Source: Candidatus Aminicenantes bacterium (lineage in GTDB: Bacteria > Acidobacteriota > Aminicenantia > Aminicenantales > UBA4085). Taken from it: a DNA stretch of 64,000 bases. This document shows positions 36,368 through 46,814 of this stretch, one piece after another (position 1 is the first letter of the stretch; every line of letters begins with the position of its first letter). The notes beneath the pieces are model-generated. The model saw nothing but the letters and a program-made list of their open reading frames with translations, was not told where the DNA came from and made no database searches. Made by a program: the position numbers and the translations under genes. The DNA lies in NCBI GenBank assembly GCA_003141555.1, contig PLMN01000023.1, forward strand, positions 79,916 to 143,915, read 5' to 3'.

Positions 36368-37108
36368 TCACCTCCGGCAGGCTTCGATGAAGCCCCCAAA
36401 GAGCGCTCGGGCGGGGTGGGCGGCGGCGGCATCGTTCGAGACGACGAGGTTTTCGGGATGCCACTGGACCGCGACGAGGAAGGGATGGGAAGGAAACTCG
36501 AGGCCTTCGATCAGGCCGTCCGTCACGCGCGCCGTGACGGCGAGCGGGCCGATGCGGCCGGGATATTCCGTGTCGCCCCGGACCGCCTGGTGGTGGCGGC
36601 TGTTCACCATGAAATCGGGCGCACCGGAGATCGCCGCGAGGCGGCTCCCCCGGACGGCAAAGACGCGATGGGCGAGGAAATCCTTGGGGTCCGGAACGCT
36701 GTGGCGGAGCAGGGGCCGCCGCTGGCTCGGGAGGTCCTGATAGAGCGCGCCGCCGGCGGCGACGCCGATGACTTGAAGCCCGCGGCAGATGGCTAGCGCG
36801 GGAAGCGCGCCGGCCAGGACGAAGCGCGCCGCGGCGAATTGCCCCTCGTCCAGCTCGCGGTCGGTCAGCCCGAGCTTGGGGTGCGGCGATTCGCCATAGC
36901 GCGCCGGCTCGACATCCGCGCCGCCGGGAAAGAGGACGCCGCGATATGAAGCGAGGAACGCGCCCAGGGCGCCTTCGTCGGCCCGCGCCGCCGCGGACGG
37001 CAGGTCGAGGGCCGGGTCCCCGCCCGCGCCACGGACGGCGTCGAGGTAAGGCTGATAATAGGCGGCGTTCGACGCGTGGCCGAGGACGAGGATGCGCGGT
37101 GCGGTCAT
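36368..37108 (-). CDS. Class I glutamine amidotransferase-like peptidase C26 (gamma-glutamyl-GABA hydrolase family)
   Basis: Catalytic LAICRGLQV Cys and VQWHPE His motif. Lies 3 nt upstream of the Smr gene. Confidence 0.8.
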   Translation of the reverse strand: MTAPRILVLGHASNAAYYQPYLDAVRGAGGDPALDLPSAAARADEGALGAFLASYRGVLFPGGADVEPARYGESPHPKLGLTDRELDEGQFAAARFVLAGALPALAICRGLQVIGVAAGGALYQDLPSQRRPLLRHSVPDPKDFLAHRVFAVRGSRLAAISGAPDFMVNSRHHQAVRGDTEYPGRIGPLAVTARVTDGLIEGLEFPSHPFLVAVQWHPENLVVSNDAAAAHPARALFGGFIEACRR

Positions 37109-37274
37109 GAGCTCGCCTCTCACTTTACACTCGAACCAAAGGGAGACACAATATCTATTCCCCTAATCTTCCCCATTCTTCCGCATGAAAATGATAGATA
37201 AATTTTGCGCCGATCCGCCTTTTCCCCACCCGGCGATTATGATATAGATACCTCAGCAGATACGGGAGGTCATT

Positions 37275-40200
37275 ATGGGCATCACCTGTCCGCATTGCCA
37301 TCTGGAGAATTCCTCCGACTCCAAATACTGCAAGGCGTGCGCGACGGCGCTGCCTTCTCACGCCGACGTCCCGGCGCCCCCCACCAGAACGATTTCGGCG
37401 CCCCGCGAGGAGCTGACGACGGGGACGCTTTTCGCCGCGCGGTACCAGATCGTCGAAGAGCTCGGCGGCGGTGGAATGGGCAAGGTCTACCGGGCTCTCG
37501 ACACGAAGGTCGGCGAGGAGATCGCCCTCAAGCTCATCAAGCCCGAGATCGCGGCCGATAAGGCGACCATCGAGCGCTTCAAGAACGAGCTCAAGATCGC
37601 CCGAAAGATCGTCCACAAGAGCGTCGGACGGGTCTACGACCTAAACGAGGACCGGGGGACGTTCTACATCACCATGGAGTATGTCCGGGGCGAGGACCTG
37701 AAGGCCTTCATCCACAGCTCCGGCCAGATGGCCGTGGGCACATCGCTCCGGGTCGCCCGACAGGTCGCCGAAGGGCTGGCCGAAGCCCATGCGTTGGGGA
37801 TCGTCCACCGTGACCTCAAGCCCTCGAACATCATGATCGACCGCGAGGGCAACGCCCGGATCATGGATTTCGGGATCGCCCGCCTGGTCGGCACGCGGGA
37901 CAGCACCGGCGGCAACGTGCTGATCGGGACGCCCGAATACATGTCGCCCGAACAGCTCGAGGGGAAGGAGGCCGGCCCGGCGAGTGACCTCTATGCCCTG
38001 GGGATCGTCTTTTTCGAGATGCTGACCGGCCGCCTCCCCTTCGAGGGCGAAACGCCGCTCAGCGTCGCCATCAAGCAAAAGACCGAAGCGCCGCCCGATC
38101 CCAGGAAGCTGAATCCCCAGGTCCCCGACGCCCTGAACCGCATCATTCTCAAGTGCCTGGAGAAATCCAAGGACAAGAGATACCAGGCAACTGCGGAGCT
38201 GCTGGCCGACCTGACCAAGGTCGAACAGTCCCTGCCGACGACATCCCATCCCCTGCCCGCCCGCAAGACGATGACCTCCAAGCAGATCACCGTCCAGCTG
38301 CCGTCCAGGAAGATCTGGATCCCGGCAGCCGTCGTCCTGCTGGCGCTCCTGGACCTCGCCGTCTGGCAGATTATCCCGGAAGCGGACAGCGCAAAGAGGA
38401 CGATCGCGGTCATCGGATTCCAGAACCAGAGCGGCGACCCGGGGCTCGACTATCTCCGGGAAGCCATCCCGAGCCTCCTCATCACGAGCCTCGGCGAGTC
38501 GAAGCGCCTGAGGGTCACGTCCTGGGAGCGGATGAAGGACATCCTGCGCAATGCGGGCCGGGACGCGGGCGCGATCTTCGACGAAGAGGCGGGATTCGAA
38601 GCCTGCCGCAAGGAAGGCATCGAGGCCATCGTCCTCGGGAGCTTCGTCAAAGCGGGAGAGACGTTCGCCACGGACGCCAAAGTCCTGGACGCCTCGACCA
38701 AGAGCCTCCTGAAGAGCGCCTCGGCCAAAGGGACCGGAATCGACAGCATCCTCAAATCCCAGATCGACGAGATCAGCCGGGCGATCCGGCGCGGCATCGC
38801 CCTCCCGCCGCTCAAGATCGAGGCGCCGGCCCGGAAGATCATCGATCTCACCACGAGCTCGATGGAGGCCTACGATAATTACCTGAAGTCCCAGGAAGCC
38901 TTCGACCATTTCTTTTGGGCCGACTCCAGGAGGCTCGCGGAAAAGGCCGTGACGATCGACCCGACCTTCGCTCTCGCTTACTCTCTTCTTTCTCAGGCGG
39001 CCCATAATCTTCTCGACTACCCTGCCCGCGACGCGGCCCTCGAGAAGGCCAAGACCCATGCCGCCAAGGCCACGGAAAGGGAAAGGCTCTTCATCGAAGC
39101 CCGTTTTGCCTCGACCATCGAACACAACCCCGAGGAGCGGGTCCGGCTGTTGAATGAGCTTGTCGAGAAATACCCGGACGACAAACAGGGGCATTACGAG
39201 CTCGGTCAATATTTCATCAACCGTGGCCGCAGCTCGGAAGCGGCAGCGGAGTACGAAAAATCCGTCGCCCTCGACCCCAAGTTCGCCCCAGCCTTCAATA
39301 TGCTCGGCTATTCCCAGGCGAGGCTGGGAGATTTCAGCAAGGCGCTCCAGGCCTTCGAGCGCTATGCCGAGCTGAATCCCGGGCTCCCCAATCCCGTCGA
39401 TTCCATCGCTGAAATGCATCTTTACCAGGGAGACCTGGACGCGGCCGCGGCGAAGTACCGCGAAGCGCTCGCCCTGAAACCCGATTTCTATGCCTCGTGC
39501 TCGGGGCTGTCCTATGTCTACGTCCTGAAGGAGGACTACGCGCAATCCGGACGTTGGCTGGACGAATTTGTGAAGAGGGCGCCGACGCCCCAAGCCAAAA
39601 TGGAGGAACTTTATCAGAAGTGCTATTACGACTATTTTCTCGGCCGCAACGATCGGGCGCTGGCCGGCGGCCTCGCGCTCAAGAGCCAAGGGGAGCAATA
39701 CAAGTTCTTCTACGGCTTGGGAGCTTTGGACTGGCTCATGGGTTTTCTCTATGCGGATAAGGGGGAATTCGACAAGGCCCGCAAGACGCTACGGGACTCG
39801 AACGAATACCTGAATCAGGACAATCCGGCCTCGCGGCCATCCCATGCAGCCTTCATCGCCTTCTACCTCGGCTGGCTTGAGATCCAGGAAGGGCGGATCG
39901 AGGCGGCGAAAGCCCATCGCGCCGAGCTCGAGAATCTTCTCTCCGGCCTAAAGCCGGAAGAACGAGACGTGCTGTTGATCATCCCGCTCCTGCTCGGCTC
40001 CGAAATCGCGCTGGCTGAAAATAATGTGGAGCAGGCCATCAGCCTGGGACAGAAAATCGACTTCGGGAAGCTGCCCTCCGTGAACACGTCCAAAATGGTC
40101 AAGTACAATATGCCGTTCGTTAAGGATGTTCTAGCCCGGGCCTACTGGAAGAAAGGCGAGCTCGACAACGCCGTTTCAGAATACGAGCGGTTGACGACCA

Positions 40201-40394
40201 TCGACCCGAAGAGCCCGACGCTTATGCTCATCTCCCCGTTCTACCACTACCGGCTCGGCCGCGTGCTGGCGCAGAAGGGAGAGAAGGGCCGGGCCCGCCT
40301 CGAATACGAAAAGCTCCTCAAATATTGGGCCGATGCGGATCCGTCCCACCCCGAGCTCAAGGACGCCCGGGCGCGATCGGCCGCGCTCCGGTAA
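37275..40394 (+). CDS. Zinc-ribbon / Ser-Thr protein kinase / TM / TPR-repeat protein (kinase 2, paralog of 7397..10504)
   Basis: GGGAGG RBS. CPHCHLENSSDSKYCKAC zinc ribbon. HRDLKPSNIMID, DFGIAR, GTPEYMSPE. TM helix, then TPRs. Same architecture as kinase 1 but GC-rich. Confidence 0.9.
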   Translation: MGITCPHCHLENSSDSKYCKACATALPSHADVPAPPTRTISAPREELTTGTLFAARYQIVEELGGGGMGKVYRALDTKVGEEIALKLIKPEIAADKATIERFKNELKIARKIVHKSVGRVYDLNEDRGTFYITMEYVRGEDLKAFIHSSGQMAVGTSLRVARQVAEGLAEAHALGIVHRDLKPSNIMIDREGNARIMDFGIARLVGTRDSTGGNVLIGTPEYMSPEQLEGKEAGPASDLYALGIVFFEMLTGRLPFEGETPLSVAIKQKTEAPPDPRKLNPQVPDALNRIILKCLEKSKDKRYQATAELLADLTKVEQSLPTTSHPLPARKTMTSKQITVQLPSRKIWIPAAVVLLALLDLAVWQIIPEADSAKRTIAVIGFQNQSGDPGLDYLREAIPSLLITSLGESKRLRVTSWERMKDILRNAGRDAGAIFDEEAGFEACRKEGIEAIVLGSFVKAGETFATDAKVLDASTKSLLKSASAKGTGIDSILKSQIDEISRAIRRGIALPPLKIEAPARKIIDLTTSSMEAYDNYLKSQEAFDHFFWADSRRLAEKAVTIDPTFALAYSLLSQAAHNLLDYPARDAALEKAKTHAAKATERERLFIEARFASTIEHNPEERVRLLNELVEKYPDDKQGHYELGQYFINRGRSSEAAAEYEKSVALDPKFAPAFNMLGYSQARLGDFSKALQAFERYAELNPGLPNPVDSIAEMHLYQGDLDAAAAKYREALALKPDFYASCSGLSYVYVLKEDYAQSGRWLDEFVKRAPTPQAKMEELYQKCYYDYFLGRNDRALAGGLALKSQGEQYKFFYGLGALDWLMGFLYADKGEFDKARKTLRDSNEYLNQDNPASRPSHAAFIAFYLGWLEIQEGRIEAAKAHRAELENLLSGLKPEERDVLLIIPLLLGSEIALAENNVEQAISLGQKIDFGKLPSVNTSKMVKYNMPFVKDVLARAYWKKGELDNAVSEYERLTTIDPKSPTLMLISPFYHYRLGRVLAQKGEKGRARLEYEKLLKYWADADPSHPELKDARARSAALR

Positions 40395-40539
40395 AGGCCC
40401 CGATTCTCATCGTTCTTGACTCCCTTCGCCGCCGGGAATATTCTTCCCGCATAGGGTAAGTCCTCGTCAGAGCGAAATGCGGGAAAACGCTCCCGTAAAA
40501 TACGATCCGAATCCGACCCTATCGAAAGGCAGGTCAGCT

Positions 40540-43500
40540 ATGAAATTATCGCAAAAAGGGATGAAGCGACTTTGTCTCGCTGCGGCGGCCGCGGCCCTGT
40601 TGGGGACGTGGATCGCCGCCGCCCAGACCGCCCCGGCTTCGGAGGACGCCCTGGCCAAGGGCTTTCAGAACCCGCCCGACAGCGCCAGCCCGCGCGTCTG
40701 GTGGCATTGGATGAGCGGCAACATCACCAAGGAAGGGATCAAGGCCGACCTCGAATGGATGAAGCGGGCCGGCATCGGCGGCTTCCAGAACTTCGACGCG
40801 GGGCTGAACACGCCCCAGATCGTCGACAAGCGCCTGGTCTTCATGACGCCCGACTGGAAGGACGCCTTCAAATACGCCGCCACGCTGGCCGACCAGCTGG
40901 GCCTGGAAATGGCCATCGCCGGCTCGCCCGGCTGGAGCGAGAGCGGCGGACCGTGGGTCACCCCGGCCCAGGCGATGAAAAAATACGTCTGGAGCGAGAC
41001 GCGCCTCGAGGGCGGCCGCCGGTTCACCGGCGTGCTGCCCAAGCCGCCGGCCTCGACCGGATCCTACCAGAACCTCGCCGAGCGCCATGGAGGGTACGGC
41101 GAAGGCTCGACCGCGGAGCCGCCGCAGTTCTACGCCGACAGCGCCGTCGTCGCCTACCGGGCGCCGGAGCGCGACCGTCCCCTCCCCGAGCTCCAGCCGA
41201 AAGTGACGTCGAGCGGCGGGGATTTCGACCTCGCCTCCCTCACCGACGGCGACCTCTTCAAGACCGCTCTCCTGCCGGCGGCGCCGGAGGGCCAGAAATC
41301 CTGGATCCAATTTGAATTTGCCCAGCCCCAGACGGTTTTCGGGCTCACCCTGGTGACGATCGGGGGCGGGCGCCGCGGCGCGGCCGATCCCGAATTGGAG
41401 ACGAGCGACAACGGCCGGCAATTCCGCACGGTCGCCTCGGTCCCGGCGGAGGCGCGGACGATCGCGTTTCCCGGGGTCACCGCCCGGTTCTTCCGCCTGA
41501 GCATCCTCACTCCGGCCGCCGCCGAAATGCGGCCGGCCGGCGCGCGGGGCGGCGCCCCGGCTTCGCCTACCGGGACGTCGATCGCCGAGCTTGTCCTCCA
41601 CACCTCGGCCGTCGTCAACCGGTTCCAGGACAAGGCCGGCTTCTCAACGGCGACGGGGCTTTACGGCCTGGCGACACCCGCCGCCCCGGCCGGCAACGTC
41701 GTGCCCAAGGCGGACGTCGTCGACCTCACGGCCAAGATGCAGCCCGACGGCACGCTCGACTGGACGCCGCCCGCGGGACGCTGGGTCGTCCTGCGCTTCG
41801 GCTATTCCCTCACCGGCGCGCGCAATTCTCCGGCGTCGCCGGAGGCCACCGGGCTCGAAGTGGACAAGCTCAGCCGGGCCCATGTCAAAGCCTACTTCGA
41901 CAATTACCTCAGCCAATACAAGGACACCGTCGGCCCCCTCATGGGCAAGCGCGGCCTCCAATATGTGATCACCGACAGCTGGGAAGCCGGCGTCGCCAAC
42001 TGGACCGACGCGATGCTCGCCGAGTTCGCCAAGCACCGCGGCTACGACATGAAGACCTGGCTGCCCGTCCTCGCCGGCCGGGTGGTGGAGAGCGCCGAAG
42101 CGAGCGACCGGTTCCTGTGGGACTTCCGCAAGACCCTGGGCGAGCTGGTCGCCGAGAATCACTATGACCAGCTCACGACCCTCCTCCACGAGCGGGGCAT
42201 GGGCCGCTACACCGAATCCCACGAGTCCGGCCGGGCGTTCATCGGCGACGGCATGGAGGTCAAACGGAACGCCGACGTGCCGATGAGCGCCATGTGGATC
42301 CAGCAGCCCGGCCGGACGACCGGGCAATACGACGCCGACGTCCGCGAATCCGCCTCCGTCGCCCACATCTACGGCCAGAACCTGGTCGCCGCCGAGTCCC
42401 TTACCGCGGGCAGCGGCGCGTGGTCATATTCCCCCGAAACCCTCAAGCCCACCGCCGACCGCCTGCTGGCCATGGGACTGAACCGGTTCGTCATCCATAC
42501 CTCGGTCCACCAGCCCGTCAACGACAAGATCCCGGGCCTGGGGCTCGGACCCTTCGGCCAGTGGTTCACCCGCCATGAAACCTGGGCGGAATCGGCCAAG
42601 CCCTGGACGACCTACCTGGCCCGCAGCTCCTACCTGCTCCAACAGGGGACGTTCGCGGCCGACATCGCCTACTTCTACGGCGAAGATTCGAACATCACGG
42701 CGCTGTTCCCCGAAAGACTGCCGGACCTCCCGGCCGGATACAATTTCGACTTCGTCAACGCCGACGCCCTGCTGAACCGCCTCTCGGCGGCCGACGGGAA
42801 GATCGTCACCGCGACCGGCATGAGCTACCGGCTGCTCGCGCTCGATCCCAACAGCCGGCACATGTCCCTCGCCGTGCTGCGGAAGATCCGCGACCTGGTC
42901 GGCGCCGGGGCCGTGGTCGTGGGCCCCAAGCCCGTCGATAGCCCCAGCCTGGCCGACGATCAGGCCGAGTTCCGGGCCCTCGCGGACCGGCTCTGGGGCT
43001 CCGGCATCGCCAAGGGCAAGGTGGACGGCGATCAGACGGTCGCCCAGGCGCTCGGCGCCCTCGGGGTCGACCCGGATTTCAAGTATACCAAGCCGCGCCA
43101 GGACACGACGCTCCTGTTCGTCCACCGGAAGCTCGCGGACGGAGACGTCTACTGGATCGGCGATTCCGACAGCCGCCCGGAAATCCTCGAGGCCAGCTTC
43201 CGGGTGCAGGGCAAGGCCCCCGAGCTGTGGCACGCGGATACCGGGCTCATCGAGCCCGCGACCTACAGCATCGCCGACGGCCGGACCGCGGTGACGCTGC
43301 GCCTCGATCCCCACGACGCGGTGTTCGTGGTCTTCCGCAATCCGGCCGCAGCGCCGGCGCGCGCGCTGCCCGTCCGGGCCGAGGCGCTTCTCGCGGACCT
43401 CACCGGCGCCTGGAACGTCTCGTTCCAGCCCCGCCGGGGAGCGCCGCCGAGGCTCGTGCTCGACGCCCTGGGCACGTGGAGCGACAGCCCCGTCCCCGGC

Positions 43501-43872
43501 GTGAAGTATTTTTCCGGGACGGCGACTTACACCAAGACCGTCCAGGCCCCCGCGGACTGGTTCAAGCCCGGAACGAAGCTGTGGCTCGACCTGGGCGACG
43601 TGAAGAACATCGCCGAGGTCTCGGTCAACGGCGCGCCGCTCGGCATCCTCTGGAAGCCTCCGTTCCGCGTGGACGCGACCGCCGCGCTCAAGCCCGGAGC
43701 CAACGCGCTGGTCATCAAGGTGACCAATCTCTGGGTCAACCGCCTGATCGGCGACGAGCAGCCCGGCACGCTGAAGAAGTACACGTACACGGCCCAGCAG
43801 TTCTACCGGGCCGAGTCTCCCCTGCTTCCCTCGGGGCTCATCGGCCCGGTCGTGATCGTGAGGACCGAGTAA
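40540..43872 (+). CDS. Large secreted glycoside hydrolase, GH106-like (alpha-L-rhamnosidase family candidate)
   Basis: Signal peptide. N-terminal FQNPPDSASPRVWWHWMSGN...LEWMKRAGIGGFQNFD motif typical of this hydrolase family. About 1110 aa. Confidence 0.6.
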   Translation: MKLSQKGMKRLCLAAAAAALLGTWIAAAQTAPASEDALAKGFQNPPDSASPRVWWHWMSGNITKEGIKADLEWMKRAGIGGFQNFDAGLNTPQIVDKRLVFMTPDWKDAFKYAATLADQLGLEMAIAGSPGWSESGGPWVTPAQAMKKYVWSETRLEGGRRFTGVLPKPPASTGSYQNLAERHGGYGEGSTAEPPQFYADSAVVAYRAPERDRPLPELQPKVTSSGGDFDLASLTDGDLFKTALLPAAPEGQKSWIQFEFAQPQTVFGLTLVTIGGGRRGAADPELETSDNGRQFRTVASVPAEARTIAFPGVTARFFRLSILTPAAAEMRPAGARGGAPASPTGTSIAELVLHTSAVVNRFQDKAGFSTATGLYGLATPAAPAGNVVPKADVVDLTAKMQPDGTLDWTPPAGRWVVLRFGYSLTGARNSPASPEATGLEVDKLSRAHVKAYFDNYLSQYKDTVGPLMGKRGLQYVITDSWEAGVANWTDAMLAEFAKHRGYDMKTWLPVLAGRVVESAEASDRFLWDFRKTLGELVAENHYDQLTTLLHERGMGRYTESHESGRAFIGDGMEVKRNADVPMSAMWIQQPGRTTGQYDADVRESASVAHIYGQNLVAAESLTAGSGAWSYSPETLKPTADRLLAMGLNRFVIHTSVHQPVNDKIPGLGLGPFGQWFTRHETWAESAKPWTTYLARSSYLLQQGTFAADIAYFYGEDSNITALFPERLPDLPAGYNFDFVNADALLNRLSAADGKIVTATGMSYRLLALDPNSRHMSLAVLRKIRDLVGAGAVVVGPKPVDSPSLADDQAEFRALADRLWGSGIAKGKVDGDQTVAQALGALGVDPDFKYTKPRQDTTLLFVHRKLADGDVYWIGDSDSRPEILEASFRVQGKAPELWHADTGLIEPATYSIADGRTAVTLRLDPHDAVFVVFRNPAAAPARALPVRAEALLADLTGAWNVSFQPRRGAPPRLVLDALGTWSDSPVPGVKYFSGTATYTKTVQAPADWFKPGTKLWLDLGDVKNIAEVSVNGAPLGILWKPPFRVDATAALKPGANALVIKVTNLWVNRLIGDEQPGTLKKYTYTAQQFYRAESPLLPSGLIGPVVIVRTE

Positions 43873-43992
43873 AGAAAAGGAGTCACCGAGCCCTCCCTCG
43901 CGTCCCCGTTCTCCGAATTGACGCCGCCAGGCGCTTGGCTTAAGATTATGGCGATCCTTCCGGGAAGCGAGGAAGGGCGAGGGAGGCATGTC

Positions 43993-45036
43993 ATGGCCAA
44001 TGCTTCGAAGACCGCCAAATTGACGGTTGTCGACAAGAATATCCAGATCGTCATCGCCGGCGCCGGCGGCTTCATCGGCGGATCGCTGGCCCGCTACTTC
44101 AGCGGCAAGGGCTTCACCCGCATCCGGGCCGTCGACAAGAAGCCGCTCAGCGAATGGTATCAGCGCACGCCGGGCGTCGAGTGCCTCTGCCTCGACCTGA
44201 GCCAGGAACAGAACTGCCGCCGGGCGGTCGAGGGCGCGACCGAGGTCTATCAGCTCGCGGCCGACATGGGCGGCATGGGCTTCATCGAAAAGTTCCGGAT
44301 CGAGTGCCTCCGGAGCGTTTTGATCAACACCCACATGGTCGAGTCCGCCTACCGGGCCGGCGTCGACCGCTATTTCTACTCGTCCTCGGCCTGCGTCTAC
44401 AACACCGACCTCCAGAAGGACCCGAACGTCCGGGCCCTCAAGGAGTCGGATGCCTACCCGGCCATGTCCGAGCGGGGCTACGGCTGGGAGAAGCTCATCT
44501 CGGAGATGTTCTGCCAGGAATACTGGGCCGAGCGCAAGATGAAGACGTTCATGGCCCGGTTCCACAACGTCTATGGCCCGTGGGGCACGTGGGACGGCGG
44601 GCGGGAGAAGGCCCCGGCGGCCCTCTGCCGCAAGGTCATCGCCGCCAAGGACAAGAACGACCTGAGGATCGACGTCTGGGGCGACGGGACGCAGACCCGG
44701 AGCTACATGTTCATCGACGACTGCGTCAAGGGCATCGACATGATCACCCACTGCGACACGCTGATCGCCACGCCCATCAACCTGGGGACGAGCGAGCTGA
44801 TTTCGGTCAAGGACCTGGTGACGCTCTGCGAGACGATCGGCGGCGTGACGCTCAAGCGGACCTATGACCCGGCGGCCCCGAAAGGCGTCGCCGGGCGAAA
44901 CAGCGACAACACGATGATCCGCCGGATCCTGGGCTGGGAGCCGGCGACGCCGCTCAAGGACGGCATGCGCAAGACGTACGCCTGGATCGAGCAGCAATAC
45001 AAGCTTCGCAAGGCGGGCAAACGGACCGTCGAATGA
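43993..45036 (+). CDS. GDP-mannose 3,5-epimerase-like NAD-dependent epimerase/dehydratase
   Basis: GAGGFIGGSLARYF Rossmann motif. FHNVYGPWGTWDGGREKAPAALCRK matches the GME signature region. Confidence 0.8.
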   Translation: MANASKTAKLTVVDKNIQIVIAGAGGFIGGSLARYFSGKGFTRIRAVDKKPLSEWYQRTPGVECLCLDLSQEQNCRRAVEGATEVYQLAADMGGMGFIEKFRIECLRSVLINTHMVESAYRAGVDRYFYSSSACVYNTDLQKDPNVRALKESDAYPAMSERGYGWEKLISEMFCQEYWAERKMKTFMARFHNVYGPWGTWDGGREKAPAALCRKVIAAKDKNDLRIDVWGDGTQTRSYMFIDDCVKGIDMITHCDTLIATPINLGTSELISVKDLVTLCETIGGVTLKRTYDPAAPKGVAGRNSDNTMIRRILGWEPATPLKDGMRKTYAWIEQQYKLRKAGKRTVE

Positions 45037-45062
45037 TATCGGTCATTTTTGTGAGGGGCAGG

Positions 45063-45098
45063 CTTAATTAAAGCATCGCCTTGCCTGTCGCCTGAATA
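45063..45098. repeat. Intergenic copy of a short repeated motif (AATTAARG...GCCTTGCCTGTCRCC), also present at 62270-62305
   Basis: About 22/27 identity to the element after the GH78 gene. Both copies sit immediately downstream of a plus-strand stop codon. Confidence 0.3.
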
Positions 45099-45131
45099 AA
45101 AACCGGGCGCGGCGGCGCCGCGAGGGGGGAC

Positions 45132-46814
45132 ATGATGCCGAACCGTCTTATGGCCAACTTTCTAGCCATCCTCCTTCTCATCCCGGTCATCGCCGCCGCC
45201 GTCGCGGTCCCGCTCATGGCCCAGCCTTCGCAAGAACAGGTCATCGAGGTCCGCGTCGCCCGCGGCGACACGCTCGGCAAGATCTGCCGCGAGTATCTGG
45301 CCGATCCAAAGGACTGGACCGAAGTCGCCCGCGTCAACCGACTGGCGAATTCCGACGTCATCTCCCCCGGGCAAGTCCTCGTCATCCCCGTCCGGCTCCT
45401 CAAATCCGCTCCGAGCGATGGCCGGGCGGACTTCGTCCGCGGCCGCGTCGAAATCCGCCTGGCCGGCGGGCCGGACTGGAAGTCCCTTGCAGCCGGCGAC
45501 CGTATTCCCCAAGGGAGCTTCGTCCGAACCGGGAGAGGGAGCGCCCTCGAAATCACATTCGAGAACGGGGACTCCTGTTTCCTCCGGCCCGACACGACCC
45601 TGGGCCTCACGACGACGGCCAGCGAGGGCGGCGGCTGGGTCAGAAAGTTCTTTCTCGAGCTGGGCAGGGTCATCACCCGAATCCAAAAGGCGACCGGGGT
45701 CCACTCGCGCTTCGAGATCACGACCCCCTCGGCCCAGTGTGCCGCGCGCGGGACGGTGTTCCGGGCCGGGATCGACGCCGAGGGCACGACCCGCTCCGAG
45801 GTCCTCGAGGGCATCGTGGCCGTTTCGGCCATGGGCGCCTCCGTCGACGTCGCCGAAGGCCAGGGCACGGCCGTGCGGAAGGGCGAGCGGCCGCTCCCGC
45901 CGCGCCCGCTCCTTTCGGCGCCCGCGCCGGGAAAGATCGAGGCGCCGTTTCGCCGCATTCCCTTCTCGATTCCTCTCGCGGCGCCCACCGGCGCCGTCTC
46001 GGTCATCGCCGCCCTGACCCACGATCGCGACGGGAAAGATACGGCGGTCGAAGCCGTCCTCAAGCCCGGCGACGCATTTCAGGCGGACGGAATCGGCGAC
46101 GGATCCTACTTCCTCCAAAGCCGGGCCCTCGACGAGCTCGGACTCGAAGGCTTGCCCTCTCTTCCCGTAGAAATCGCGGTCCGAACCCGGCCATACCCTC
46201 CCGCCCTTCTGGGTATGACCGCCGGGGCCCCCTTGAGGAACGGGCCGCCGCGGCTTCACTGGATCGGAGTCGAGGGCGCCGCTCATTACCGGGTTCAGCT
46301 GGCCGCGGATCCCGGGTTCGCTCGGATCATCGACCAGGCCGAGATGTCCGGCCTGTCCTGGACGTCCGCCCTTTCCGCCGTCGGCGAATACCACCTCCGG
46401 GCTCGTTCGATCGCCGCGGACGGATTCGAGGGCGATTGGTCCGAGGACCTGAGATTTTTCGTCCTGCCGCCGCTCGTCTCGCCGGTCCTGGAGAAGCCCC
46501 GCCGGTCCGGCGGCTGGGTCAACCTCAAATGGAGCGAGGCCGGACCCGGCGCATTCTACCGGCTTCAGGTCGCCAGGGACAAGGACTTCACGGCGCTCGC
46601 CTATGAAGCGAACGTCGTCCCCCCCGCCCTCCGCCTCGCCGAGCCCGCCGACTCCGGTCTCTACTACGTACGGGTGAAGGCGGCCGACGCAGCGGGCGCG
46701 GAAAGCGCATTTTCCAACCCGCGGACATTCCGGATCGGCGGATTCTGGGCGGTCGTCCTGAGCCCGTGCTCCCTGGTCCCCTTGGCCACGATCCTCTACC
46801 TTCTCTTCAAATGA
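45132..46814 (+). CDS. LysM + FecR-domain protein with Fn3/Ig-like repeats and C-terminal TM anchor
   Basis: LysM ([12 protein letters not shown]...[11 protein letters not shown]). FecR-like [29 protein letters not shown]-terminal hydrophobic tail. Confidence 0.75.
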   Translation: MMPNRLMANFLAILLLIPVIAAAVAVPLMAQPSQEQVIEVRVARGDTLGKICREYLADPKDWTEVARVNRLANSDVISPGQVLVIPVRLLKSAPSDGRADFVRGRVEIRLAGGPDWKSLAAGDRIPQGSFVRTGRGSALEITFENGDSCFLRPDTTLGLTTTASEGGGWVRKFFLELGRVITRIQKATGVHSRFEITTPSAQCAARGTVFRAGIDAEGTTRSEVLEGIVAVSAMGASVDVAEGQGTAVRKGERPLPPRPLLSAPAPGKIEAPFRRIPFSIPLAAPTGAVSVIAALTHDRDGKDTAVEAVLKPGDAFQADGIGDGSYFLQSRALDELGLEGLPSLPVEIAVRTRPYPPALLGMTAGAPLRNGPPRLHWIGVEGAAHYRVQLAADPGFARIIDQAEMSGLSWTSALSAVGEYHLRARSIAADGFEGDWSEDLRFFVLPPLVSPVLEKPRRSGGWVNLKWSEAGPGAFYRLQVARDKDFTALAYEANVVPPALRLAEPADSGLYYVRVKAADAAGAESAFSNPRTFRIGGFWAVVLSPCSLVPLATILYLLFK

